This document shows positions 1 to 12,626 of a stretch of 64,000 nucleotides of DNA, piece after piece. Source of the DNA: Mobula hypostoma. Taxonomy: Eukaryota. The position numbers were made by a program, and so were the translations under genes. How positions within the stretch are numbered: the first letter of the stretch is position 1; every line of letters begins with the position of its first letter. Location of the stretch: contig NC_086097.1 in NCBI RefSeq assembly GCF_963921235.1, positions 72,480,001-72,544,000 on the forward strand. The letters are read 5' to 3'. The notes beneath the pieces were generated by a model. The model was not told where the DNA came from. It ran no database searches and saw only the letters and a program-made list of their open reading frames with translations.

Positions 1-329
1 AAAATGTGTAATATATGGAATATATGACTGAACATTTTATGTATCATGAATGGAACAGTTTGGATGGCTGATGAGACAAAATGCCAGTTTTCTCAGACCT
101 TTTGGTTTTCGAGCAGTTCCGTGGTAATGGCTTTTTCCCAAGGCATCATTACTGTGCATGTTGGTTACCATAGAAACTTCCTTTTGAACAGTTTGCTAGA
201 GCTGTATTCAATTATAATTGCTTTTTCACTTGAATTGTACTACAGTTCGCTTTTTTTTCCAAATTGTATTTGGACGGACAGAAGGAGTTCTTTTTAAGAT
301 TTTTATTAAATATTGGGAAAAGCACATCT

Positions 330-1730
330 GTATTTGTGTGTGTCAGAGTGAAAGCTGGATGCATTCAGGACCATCGGGGAGGCAGAAGAGCTCATAGATG
401 AGACTTTTACTGAGGTGGTCACACCCAGAGTGCGGGCTTAGAGAGTAGATGGGTGCCCACCAGGAGAAGTAAAGGGGGTAAACAGTCAGTGCAGGGCTCC
501 CCCGTGGCCGCCCCCCTCAGCAACAAGTATACCCCTTTGCATGCTGCTGGGTGTATGACATGTCAGGGCACAAAAGCAGTGCAGTGGCCAGCCCTGAGGC
601 TCAGCAGGGAGGGGTAAAGTCAGGCAGAGTGATAGTGATGGTAGTCCTGATAGTTAGGGAGATGGATGGTCAGTTCTGTAGCAACCAAAGAAAAGCCAGG
701 GTGATGTGTTGCCTCCCAGGTTCTACGGTCTAGGATGTTTCAGATCAGCTGCAGAAAATTCTCAAGAGGGAGGGTGAACAGCCAGAAGTTGTGGTGCATG
801 TAGGTACCGATGATACACGGGTAGAAAGAGGACAGAGATCCTGCGCAGTGAGTTTAGGGAACTAGGGAAGAGGCTGAAGTGCAGGAAATCGTAATCTCTG
901 GATTACTCCCAGTGCCATGTGCTTGTCAGGGTAGGAATAAGATGATAGTACAGATGAATGAGTGGTTGAGGAAGTGGTGCAGGGGGCAGGGTTTTAGGGT
1001 TTTGGATTTTTGGATCATTGGGATCTCTTCTGGGAAAGAATGACATACAAAAAAGGACAGGTTACACCTGAACCCGAGGGGGACCAATATCCTTGCAAGC
1101 AGGTTTGCAGCGATTTTGGGGGTGGTTTAAGCTAATTTGGCAGGGGGATGGGAACCAGAGTGATAGAGCTAAGAATGAGGCAGTTGGTATACAAGTCAAT
1201 GCAGTGTGTAGTGAGACGATGAAGAAGGTCAGGCAGATAATAGAGCATAATTGCTTTCTGTGGGATGAGTTCAGATGTAACCTGGGTGCAAAATCAAAAA
1301 AAAGTGATGAATACAGGACTGAAGATGCTATATTTGAATGCAGAAATATACAGAATAAGGTAGATGATCTTGTAGCGCAGTTAGTGATTTGGCAGGTACG
1401 ACATTGTGAGCATCATGGAGTCGTGGCTGACAGAGGGTCATAGTTGGGAGCTTAACATCCAAGGATGCACCTTGTATCAAAAGGACAGGCAGGAAGGCAG
1501 AGGTATGAGGGCGGCTTTGTTGGTAAAAAATGAAATCAAATCCTTAAAAAGAGGTGACAAAAGATCAGAAGATGTAGAAACATTGTGGTTAGAGTTAAAA
1601 AGCGCAAAGCTAAAAAGCCCTTGATGGGAGTTACATATAGGCCTCCAAAACAGTAGCCAGGATGGGGTGGGGGGTACAAATTACAATGAGAAATAGAAAA
1701 GGCATGTAATAAGAGAAATGATAGGTCAGC
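330..1730 (+). mobile_element. CR1 LINE 5' part: degraded ORF1 (SGNH esterase-like) plus start of ORF2 APE endonuclease
   Basis: Broken frames give IVREMDGQFC..MCCLPG..DVSDQLQKILKREGEQPEVVVHVGT (CR1 ORF1 esterase) and, from ~1320, LKMLYLNA..IQNKVDDLVAQL..ESWL..IQGCTLYQKDRQEGRG (APE). Many stops and frameshifts; ends approximate. Confidence 0.85.
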
Positions 1731-1739
1731 TGGGGCATT

Positions 1740-2005
1740 TAGAATCAAAGTCAAAACCTCAGAATAAAGAATTGGTGCTTTAAGACAGGAGATGTATCGA
1801 AATTTCTTTACTGAATGTGGGGAATTTTTAAAAATCTCAATATAAGAGAGCAGAGAACGCTAAGACATTAGGAATATCTAAGACAGTTTGACAGACTTTT
1901 ACATAAGCTAAGGCATATGGAATTAGTTCATACAAGTGGTACCAAGATAAAAGATCAATCATAAGAATGGTGGCACAGGTATGAATCAACTCCGAATACT
2001 GTTCT
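1740..2005 (+). mobile_element. Degraded CR1 3' end fragment
   Basis: Resembles the CR1 3' end at 11560-11857 (AAGACAGGAGATG..AATTTCTT..AATGTGGGGAATT). Confidence 0.5.
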
Positions 2006-3429
2006 TATCTCAATACTTTATCCAAAGTGTAGATAATTTTCAAAGAAAAATCCAGCTGCACACTTTTGAATTTAGTCCTGCAGTATTTTAATGTTTTGTC
2101 AGATGTCTTGGAACTAAAGATGCTGTGATCAGTCTCAGACTGCTGGCCTGTGAAAATTTGACATTTCATTAATTCTCTCATAAAATGTAAAATCACTAAC
2201 AATAATTATATATTAACTAGTATTTACTGTACCGTCCTGCATGAGAGCCATGCTCAACCACTGTATTCGTGGATGTTCAGGGTTGTTCAACAAAGTAAAG
2301 AATTAAGTTTAGATAACAAAATTAAGTATCAAGCATACACTTTCAAGCCCACTGATTGTGCTACTTAGAGGGGAACCTCGGTTAGTACTGTTTCTGCCCG
2401 CTTCCTGCTCATGTCCTTCCAGGTAGAACTGTCACGTCAATGAAAAGTATTTTTGACAAAGCATTAGCTGGTTACTGCAGTAGATTTTGTGAGGTGGAAC
2501 TGGGCAGGCAACTTTGCCTTGGAATGTATCGAATGCTGTTGGAAATGTACTTGTGCATGTGAAAGCAGAGTGTTGTATGACAAACCCAAATCATGCATTG
2601 CAGATGGCAACTTGAGCAGTAAAGTGGAGAGTTAATCAGGTAGCCAAACACTCACCTACTCTTGTTAACCACACTATTTATGACCTTGATCCAGTTAAAA
2701 TGCCGGTCAGTGGTGGCCCCAAGGCAATGGTTGTGGTGTTGCTGGTGGACATCAGGGGAGCTGATAAAATTCATCCTTGCTAGAGGTGATTATTCAATGG
2801 CATATGAGTGTTATGAAAGTTATTTGTCACTGATCTCCATTGAATTTTGTCTCGGTCTTGCTGCATGCTGATTTGGATGAACTGCTTCATTACCTAAAGA
2901 ACTGCAATTGGAATTAAACATTACTCAACCATCACCAAATATCTCCATTTCTGATTTTATGATGAAAGGGAGGTGAAACAGTTGCATTCAAATAAAAATG
3001 AGGGGACAAGTTCTGGGTATGTTTATTTTTCTACCTTCCATGGTTCAAGTAAGATTATTTTTAACCTTCCTCTATCCAAGATATTCTGAGCTGAGGTGAA
3101 CAATGGTGCTCCATTTCTGCTCCAGCTCAGACATCAGCTGGTGAAGACTGAACCCACAACTTTGCATCATTTGTCTTTCTGCTCAAGCCTTAAATCAAGT
3201 CTTTCTATATTTTCTCTCTTCTCTCTCCTTCTGCACCACCTCCTCCTCCTCCTAAACCAATCTTCAACAAAATGCTAAACATGTCGCTAATACCGGAACT
3301 GTCATTATAAATGGTTACTGTTAATCACCTATTTATTCCACTTCCAAAAAACTCACAGCTTCAAAAGTAAAATCCCATTTATTATCCGTAATTACAGGCC
3401 TATCATAAATGAAAGTCTACTGTACCCAA

Positions 3430-3775
3430 TGGGCAGTACAGTGATGCAGTTAGTAGAGTTGTTTCCTTGCAGCTTCGGATTAAAGCCAGATCATCAGTGC
3501 TCTCTGTGTGGAGTTTGCATGTACTTTCTGTGATCATGCGTGTTTCCTCTGGATCCTGCAGTTTCCCCTAACATCACAAAAGTGTGTGGGTTGGTTGGTG
3601 AATCAGCCACTGTGAGTTGTCTCTGTAGTATAACTGAGTGGTAAAATCAAAGAGCATTGATGAGAATGTTGAGAGGATATAATGGCATTAATGCAAGATT
3701 AGTTTACTTTGGAACTGATGATCAGTGGAACACTCACTGGGCTTGTTTCCATGCTGTATTGTTCTAGGACTTTGA
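3430..3775 (+). mobile_element. V-SINE (tRNA-derived)
   Basis: V-domain-like core TCTGTGTGGAGTTTGCATGTACTTTCTGTGATCATGCGTGTTTCCTCTGG at ~3503-3552 after a decayed tRNA-like head. Confidence 0.75.
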
Positions 3776-5174
3776 GTACAATTCAATAGTGTTTGTTTTT
3801 ATGCTTCTCAAATCCATGCCAACCCTCTTGGACTTCTTTGTTTGATTTCCACTGACTAGTATTATAAATAAGGTCTTTTGTTATGTTTCCCTTCTAGTGA
3901 CAGACCTACAATATTCACACCTCCACTCTATAAAACCCTCAGACCTAACTTGCAAACTGCCATCTCATCTTAAATTTAGTTACCTCTTCAAACACGTGAT
4001 GTTGAGTTTCTTGCAAACCAACTTTGATCATTTCTGGAGTTTCCACAATCAAGAGGCAGCCCTGATGTCATTAGAGAATCTGCCTTTGCCATAGATTATC
4101 ACCCTCTATCACCCATCAGTAATCTTTAACACAGTCAGCCATCATTCCTTCATGGTTATATATATGAACTCTTGCCTTCTTGGTTTATATATAAATGGAT
4201 TACACTTCAAGTATCTTCAGCAGTGGCTTCTACATTGACCCTTCAGTCATCCTCTAGGTAGGTGTCCTCTGTTCAGTTCTCTTTATTGATCAAAGATAAT
4301 GTGCCTCCAGGTGACAGAAATAGCCTCCATGTGAATGTGAGTTCCTTGCAGCTCCAGCTCTCTTTCAGCTCTTGAAAGATCTGGATCATGTCTTTCACCC
4401 TTCTCACTGTTTCTTCATTGTCAGATTTCTCCTCTGCCACCAGTGTATTATGAATCAGAATTTCTATTTTGTAAGGTAATGACTGTTTTCAGTGATATCG
4501 CAGATGTTATATTGTGATAACAGATTTCACGTCATCAACACAGTGTTGTCTCAGTATGAACCAGACTGCTAAGGGTCTCTTTGACCTATTACGTCACCTC
4601 CGAACATCTTCACTCTCAGCTCATTCACTGTTTAAGACTCCACTTTTGTCTTTATGACCTCTTTCCTTGCTATCCTAATTGGCCTCTGCTCCTCAGATCC
4701 AAGATCGTTTCATTTGCCTCCTCCTAACTGTATTGACAAGAAATTGGGTCTATTAGTGCAAACATTTTATGTGCAAATCATCTATATATACAGTTTTTTA
4801 AGTTAGGTCATCTACTCATCTTTTTTTGCCCAGGGTATATGAAGATCACCTTGCTCTGTGTTCTTTGAATGATCTCATGATTCCCAGATTATTTAGCTTA
4901 GTACAAGATACCATGATATCTGCCAGACAGTTTAGCCTGTACATCGCAATAATATGGGCCCATTCATGACAGAGGATGGAACTGCAGATTGCATTTTGTT
5001 CCTCTTCCGCACATTTTTCCCCAGCTCTATGGCAGCCTTTCCTCAGCTCTTTTGTAGCTACTGTGAAAGGAGGTTCCTTAGGGCGGACCAGCTTCCCAGA
5101 GTTCAGCATGATAATAAGAAGGTAGTTGAGAGCTCTTCAAGCAGCCACAATCAGGAGACCTGCAGAATGTCACA

Positions 5175-5510
5175 CCATAAGAAAGAGAGGCAGGAGTAAA
5201 CCGTCCAACATCCCAAGCCCCCTCTCCTTTTCATTAAGATAATTTACCTGATTACCAATATCCTGCACTAACCCATAATGCTTGATTGCCTTGTTCTTTA
5301 AAAATATGTTTGTTACTATCTTGAATGTAATAATTAAGTTTCCACAACCTGCTAAAGTTGTGAATTCCAAAGGTTTACTAGGCTCTTGGTGAAGAAAATT
5401 CTTGTTATCTCAGTCTTTGTTTAGTTTAGTTTTATTTTGCGACTGTGATCCATGTCAATGCAGTACCCTAGGGAAACATCAGCTCCACACCTGCCCTATC
5501 AAGCTGTACT
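5175..5510 (-). mobile_element. CR1 3' end fragment
   Basis: Reverse complement resembles the CR1 3' end at 11600-11857 (..GTGAATTCCAAAGGTTTACTAGGCTCTTGGTGAAGAAAATTCTT on +). Confidence 0.6.
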
Positions 5511-7457
5511 GGTAATTGGATACAACTCAAAGTTTGCCCAACTAGGTGTTAGCATGATATAGGTGACCTGTCTAGTGCACATAATAAGAACAAAATCTAT
5601 TTTCCGATGTCAGCCATCCATACTTTTTCCTGTATTTGGAATGTGCCATTTGCCATTGAGGTTTCATGCTTTCTATTTCCCTTCCTGAAATTCTTAATCC
5701 TCTGCAAACTTGGATCATGTTTAACCCTTGAACTTTTGGTCGTACTCCTCCCATCCCCCTGCCCACCTCCTCCACCATAACCCTTCTAACTTCCCATTGT
5801 TTATTTGATTACACTTTTGGAAAGTAGGATTTTTTTTCATTAAATGTGGAAGGCATTATTTAAATAGAAGTTGTTTTGTGCTGCATCAGGGCAATATTGA
5901 GCATCGTTTTTATTCACTAAGTCATCAGGAGAACTCATGAACAACTGCTAATCAATAAATCGAATTGCCAGTGCCTTACTCTAATTTTAAGAGTATTCAC
6001 GGGTTATAGATTACAAAGAACAAAGCTCAGAATAATCAATGTAATTATTTGCTTCACAGAACTGCTGCTGGCTCTGTAGTTTTGTTGCTAAATTACTGGC
6101 ATGCGATGCCGTTTGAAACTACTGCTCGAAGCTAGTTAATAACATTTGATGGAACTGTTGATCAAAATTTAACATCTCAAACTAATTTACAGTTAATGCA
6201 TCAGTAAGTCTCAGCTTTCTGTTGAGCTTAAAAATTGGTGCTTATTCCACCTAACCAACAACTTGCTCATTAAGATCTATTATTGGAGACACCTCATTTT
6301 TCTGCTTGATGTACCTAGAGGTTTTTAAGTGCATTGACAGGCTGGGCCTCTGTGTATGAAGCCTTCTGTGACATGAAAGAAGATGAAACATTCCCATATA
6401 TTTTCTATGTAAAACCTATTAATGAAACACTTCAATTTTCCAATTGCTCATATTTCATCTCTGTGGATTGGAATATCCAGTAAGCAGACTACAATTTTTC
6501 TTCAGGTAACCAAGGGGTTGCAATTTGATCTGAGAATCAGTAGAACTGTAGAAGACAGCAAGTTAAGTTTGAACATTAAACCTAAACCCAGGTTAGGGAG
6601 ATTACACATGTCTGCCTGTTACTGCTGTCAGTATGCAGTGACAGGTCAATAAATTGCTTCGTTTTACAGAATGGTATGTGGGTCCTCCTGCCAGTTTCCT
6701 GTCAACTGGCAAATACTGGTTGTCAATTCTTACAATATTGACCTAATTAATAGCAACAGCAAACCAGTTAATGAAGTATGAATATCTTTATTTATTATGG
6801 TATTTCATTCAAAAAATGCTTGGAGTCTGATACAGCTCCGCAAAAGATTTTTATGGTGACAAGCCATCATTCAACAGATTAGCTTCAGGCAAAAAAAGGG
6901 ATTCTTTTATGAAGAAAGTGTCTGGTGTTAGAATGTCCACTGAGACACCAGTTTAGGAAGGGAAAGGTATGTCTCAAATCAACATGGGATTATTGATATT
7001 GGCCAGCAGTGGAGCTAGGGGAATATGACAGTAGCTCATTGAATGTAAAGTTTAATGCACAAATATTCAGTGATAGTTATTGACAATTTTGTTCATACCA
7101 GAAGTAGTGACAAAATATTGAATTTTGCTGCAGTTTTAGTTTGTACCAGCCTGTGATCAAAAAGTGCTTTAAAATTCCTGTTGCTTTGCCAAGGAATGTT
7201 GTGTCCCTGTAAAGCAGCCTTCATGCCCACAGAACACACTTAAATGCATATTATCGACAAAATACTTTTGGAGTACTTTTCTGGTTTTCATATAGAAAAT
7301 ATGATGACCAAATTGCAGAAGCAACCTTCCAAAGTTGCATTGAAGTAAATGACTAGATCATTTTTGTTTGGGTGTTGGTTGAAGGAACACTGACATACCA
7401 GGGGCATGGTTGTCACAATACCATTGACATATTAGGAGCCTGGATGCCACACTCTTA

Positions 7458-7620
7458 CTGACACATCAGGGACCTTGTGCCTGTGCTCCTTCTGACACAG
7501 CAGAACCCTGATCCCTAAGCTCTTTTTCTACCCAAATAGGCCTAGATTCCTGTGCTTCCTCCGACACACCAGGGCCCCAGTTTCTGCTCTCCTCTGACTC
7601 ACCTAGATCCTAGTTCCAGT
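7458..7620. repeat. Degenerate minisatellite, ~34-bp unit x ~5
   Basis: Units start at ~7458, 7492, 7528, 7561 and 7594; consensus roughly CTGACACACCAGGGCCCTAGTTCCTGTGCTCCTT. Confidence 0.65.
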
Positions 7621-8914
7621 ATTTTCATTTCACTCACATGTCTCACTGAAAAAGTTATTTTCATAGTGTGTTTAAAAACAATTACATTTAAAAAGCATTG
7701 AAATGATTTAACTAACATCAGTAGTCTGGAAAATCTGTAAAATTTGCACCAGTGAAGTTCCAAGCATGCCAGATTGTTAGAGTTTCATTATTCATTTGGA
7801 TGTCAGGTTTCTGAGGTCTCTAGTCCCCAACAATAGTAATGGCATCAAACTTCCTGAACTGCGTTTCACATTGAAGAATTATCACCAGGAAGTATAATGC
7901 TCAAATTGTTAACCAACTTGTTAAACATTTTATAAGGATGAAATGAAGATTTAGGCATAGAAAGATTAATAAAAATTAATATAGAAGCTAAAATATCATA
8001 AACTTTTATTTTTTTGATGAAACCCATCTTGAGGAAATTGGATTCCAGACATAAAATGAGTTTTTAGGCCGAAGTGACTGCTAATGATTATTATGGTTTA
8101 GTACATCTCATACAGCAAGGCTGAACTTTTTCCAGGGTCTTTTATGAATGCAGCACATAAAATTTTAAAGTCACATTTATTTTAATGATGTTTAAAAATT
8201 GCATCTGTAAGGATTTCAGCAACTCGCTGCAGTGAAGGGGAAACTACTGCTGACACCGTCTTTAAGATTTTCATATTCAACTGCATTTGTTAAAATTTCA
8301 TTGCTGTCATTGTAACATTATCGTCAGCAAATGGTGATCGTTGCTGCCATTACATCATGCAGACCATCCATTATGGCAAAACTGACTAACAAAAGTGGAA
8401 AGAGAAACAGTTAACAGAGGAGATTTTAAGCAGCCAATTACAATGAAGAATTCTCATCAGGAAATAAAAAGCTCTAATTGCTAACCATTTTACAGGGACA
8501 AAATGAACAATTGGACATAGAATGGGCAAGAAAAATTAAGAAAGAGAATGAAGTGTCGTAATCTTTATACGTTTGTGTTTCTGCTGTCTAATAGTGCTTT
8601 GTGTTATCATCTGTTACCTTGTAGTAAATACATTTTATTGTACTAGGAAGTAATGCTCGTTTTAATTCAGTTAACAAAAACAGTGAAAGCTCAATACATA
8701 TATAGTTAGTAGTCTTTGAAAATGGTTATTTTGACCACAGTATGATGTTTTAACTATAGCTTATATTGCTATTCAAAAACATCTCCCATTTGTATAGGTC
8801 TGTCCTGACATAATTGGTACAATAATGCTCATTACAATTTTTGAGTGTGGAAAATAAAATTTCCTAGTATGAATTCCCAGCACCTTGAAATAAAATCTGA
8901 AAAAGTGCAAAGGA

Positions 8915-11857
8915 CACCAACATTAGGAAAGGAGGGAGTGGTTCAGCTGCAATGGACTCCACCTGAGTCATGCTGGGGCAAGGTCCTGCTGAATTACATA
9001 ACCAGGACAGTGGATAGACCTTCTGGCTCAGTAATTGGAGGAAGGAGGGTGGAGGGAGTAGTTTCAACAGCTTGGAAAAGTAAGAATAAAATAAGAAGGA
9101 AGGAGAGTGCAAGAGATTATGGAAGTCCCTTGAATAAAACAAAAGGCAAAACATTTAGAAAGGAATAAGAATTTAAGTTTCACTAACATGGAGGCAAAAT
9201 TGAGAAGGACTGAAGGCGTGATATTTGAATGCACACAGTATATAGATTAAGTTAGATGATCTTGTAGTACAGTTAGAAACTGACAGGTATGATAGTGTGG
9301 GCATCACTGCGTTACGGCTGAAAGAAGATCATAGTTAGGAGCATAATGTCCAAGGATATGCATCATATCAAAAGGACAGGCAGGTAAGCAGAGGGGTGGA
9401 ATGGCTTTGTTGTTAAAAAAATGAAATCAAATATTTAGAAAGTGGTGACGTAGGATTGGAACATGTAGAACTCTTGTGGGTAGACTTAAGAAACTGCAAG
9501 TGTATAAAGTTCCTGATGGGAGTTATATACAGACCTCCAAACAGTAACCAAGATGTGGGGTACAAATTCCAATGAGAGATGGAAAAGGCTTGTCAAAAGG
9601 ACTATGTTACAATAGACATGGGGGATTTTATCATAGCAGGTAGATTGGGAAAATCACGTTGACACTGGTTTCCAAGGAAGAGAATTTGTAGGATGCCTAC
9701 AAGATGGCACTTGAGAGAAGGTCATGGTTGAGCCCACTAGGGGAAAGGCCATTCTGGAATGGGTGTTGTGTAATAAACCAAATTTAATTAGGGGGTTAAT
9801 GTAAAAGAACCTTTAGGAGGCAGGGATCATATGATATTTACCCTGTAATTTGAGAGGGAGAAGATAACGTCAGATGTATCAGTATTACAGTGGAATAAAG
9901 GGAATTGCAGGGGCCTGAGAGAGGAGCTAACCAAAGTTGATTGGAAGGGGACACAGAAAGGATGATGGCAGAGTCGCAATGGCTGGAGATTCTGGGAGTA
10001 ATTTGGAAGGCGTGGGATCGGTTCATCCCAAAAAAGAAGCAGCATTTTAAAGGGAGAATGCATCAACTGTGGCTGACGAGGGAAGTCAAAGACAGCATAA
10101 AAGCAAAAGGGAGGACATATAATATAAAAAAAATGAGTGGGAAGCAAGAGGGTTGAGAAGCTTTTAAAAACCTACTGAAGGCAACTAATAAAGCGATTAT
10201 GAGGAAAAAAAGATGAAATATGAAAGTAAGTTAGCCAATAATATAAAAGAGGATACCAAAAGTTTGTTTTTCAGATATAAAGAGTAAAAGAGTGGCAAGA
10301 GTAGATATCAAACCGCTGAAAAATGATATTGGAGAGGTAGTAATGGGGGACAAAGAGAAAATGAGTAAGTATTTTGTGTCACTCTTCACTGTGGCAGACA
10401 CCAGAAATTAGAGTGCATCAGGGAGCAGAGGTGAGTGCAGTAGCTATTACTAACGAGAGGGTGCTTAGGAAGCTGAAAGATCTGAAGATAGATAAAATAC
10501 CTGAACCAGATGGATTGCATCCCAGGGATCTGAAATAACTAGCTGAAGAGATTGCCGAGGCTTTGGCAATGCTCTTTCAAGAATCACTAGATTCGGAATG
10601 GTTCCGGAGGTCCAGAACATTGCAATTGTCTCTCTACTCTTTGCAAAAGGAGGGAGGCAGAAGACAAAAATTTCCACTGGAATTTAGTTAGCCTGACTTC
10701 AGTGGTTGGCAAGATATTAGAGGCCATTATTAAGCATGACATTTTGGAGTATTCAATGGCACATAAAGTAGGCCAAAGTCAGCATGGTTTCTTTTTGGAG
10801 AAACCTTGCCTGACAGATCTGTTGCAATTCTTTGAGGAAGTAACAAGCAGGGCAGACAAAAGAGAGTCAGTGAATGTTGTTTACTGGGAGTTTCAAAAGG
10901 CCTTTACAAGTGACCACACATGAGGCTGCTAAACAAGATAAGGGCCCATAGTATTACAGCAAAGATACCAGCATGGACAAAAGATTGGCTGACTGGCAGA
11001 AGGCATAGAGAGGGAATAAAGGGTTCCTATTCTGGTTGTCTGCCAGTGACTAATGGTGTTTCACAAGGATTTGTGTTGGAACTGCTTCTATTCACATTAT
11101 ATGTTATTGATCTGGATGACAGAATTGATGGTTTTGTGGCCAAGATTGCGAACGATATCAAGATAAGTGGAAAAGGAGTCTGCGCTGAGGAAGCAGGGAG
11201 TCTGTAGAAGGACTTGGACAGATTATGAGAATGGGCAAAGAAGTGGTAGATGGAATACAGTGTAGGGATGTGTATGGTCATGCACTTTGATAGGCATTAT
11301 AAGGCATTGGTTAGAGCCCATATGGAGTATTGAGAGCAGTTTTGGCCTTCTTATCTAAGAAAGGGTGTGCTGGCATTGCAGACAGTCCAGAGGAGGTTCA
11401 TGAGACTGCTCCCAGGAGTGAAAGGGTTAACGTGTGAGGAGTAGCCAATACTAGCTGAAGTTTAGAAGAATGAGGAAAGCTCTCAGTGAAGCCTATCGAA
11501 TATTGAAAGGTCTGGATAGTGTGGATATGGAGAGGATGTTTCCAATAGTGGGAGAGTCTAGAGCCAAAAGGAATATCCTCAAATACAAGACATCTCTTTA
11601 GAACAAAGATGAGGAATTTCTTCAGCCAGAGAGTAGTTAATCTGTGGAATTCTTTGCTGCAAACGGCTGTGGAGGCCAAGCCATTGGGTATATTTAAAGC
11701 AGAGATTGATGGGTTCTTGATTAGTAAAGGTGTCAAAGGTTATGTTGAGAACGCAGGAGAATGGGGTTGAGAGGGTTAATAAATGAGCCATGATCAAATG
11801 ACGGAGAAGACTTGATGGTCCAAACAGGCAAATTCTGCTCTTGTGTCTTACAGTCTA
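8915..11857 (+). mobile_element. CR1 LINE: ORF1 C-terminus, nearly complete but pseudogenised ORF2 (APE + RT) and 3' UTR
   Basis: NGLHLSHAGAR (esterase end) at ~8960; APE from ~9205; RT motifs SQHGF..KPCLTDLLQFFEEVT, VVYWEFQKAF, VTNGVSQG, LFTLYVIDLDD..KIAND in ORF pieces 10702-11207; internal deletion near 11290; CR1 3' motif ATTCTGCTCTTGTGTCTTA at ~11832. Confidence 0.93.
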
Positions 11858-12422
11858 AAATTTGTTTACACACAATACTAAGTCATATCTATTATTTTGA
11901 TGTGTTTGGAGTCATATCAAATCGCTTAAGAAGAGCAAGTTATTATTAAAAGTTGTATCTAATTTTATTTTAAGAACTGCGGTTGAATTCAAAAGACAAG
12001 CAACTGATTTATGTCTGTTTCATAGTCTGGATTAAGTATTAACATATCAAACACATTAGAAGTTTAAGGGAACTCATTATTATTTGATCCCTGAATTTAT
12101 GACATTTTATTTTCAAAAATTGTTATCAGTTACAATTAATAATTTTGCTCTACTTTTTATACTAATATGCATTGGTCTTTAAAGGTTTAAATTGAACTAG
12201 AATATTAATAAGTGTAGGGTAACAGAGGGATCTTGTTGCTTGTCACAGATCTTCTGGTCAGTGAAGAAACCAACATAACTTTGGTAACGGTTTAATCGTA
12301 GTAATTCTGTCCAATGTCAAGGAGAGGTTAGAATTCCTTAAGTTGGGAATAGTCAATACCTAGGAGTTCTGTGGTAGATGTGTTGCTTTCCTCTTGCCTA
12401 AACCAGGATTTAATCCAGGTTA

Positions 12423-12626
12423 ACGCACACAAAATAATGGAGGAACTCAGCAGGTTAGACAGCATCCACGGAAAAGAGTAAACGGTCAAAGTTTTGGGCT
12501 GAGATCCTTCTTCAGGACTCTTCTGCCCTAAACAAGTGTCTCAGCTCAAACATTGACTGCTTTACTCTTTTCCATGTTGTGTATGCTGCTTCGGATTTCC
12601 AGTATTTGCATACTTTCTCATGTTTA
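12423..12626. mobile_element. Short Penelope-like inverted pLTR remnant with 12-bp TSD
   Basis: TAATCCAGGTTA at 12411-12422 and 12627-12638; two decayed pLTR ends in opposite orientation, homologous to the 26.1 kb and 39 kb elements. Confidence 0.8.

Noticed and set aside
4846..5199. Overlapping 81-87 aa ORFs after an acceptor-like TTTTTTTGCCCAG
   Set aside because: No recognisable domain in any frame, early stops, and the region runs into a CR1 tail; cannot support an exon.
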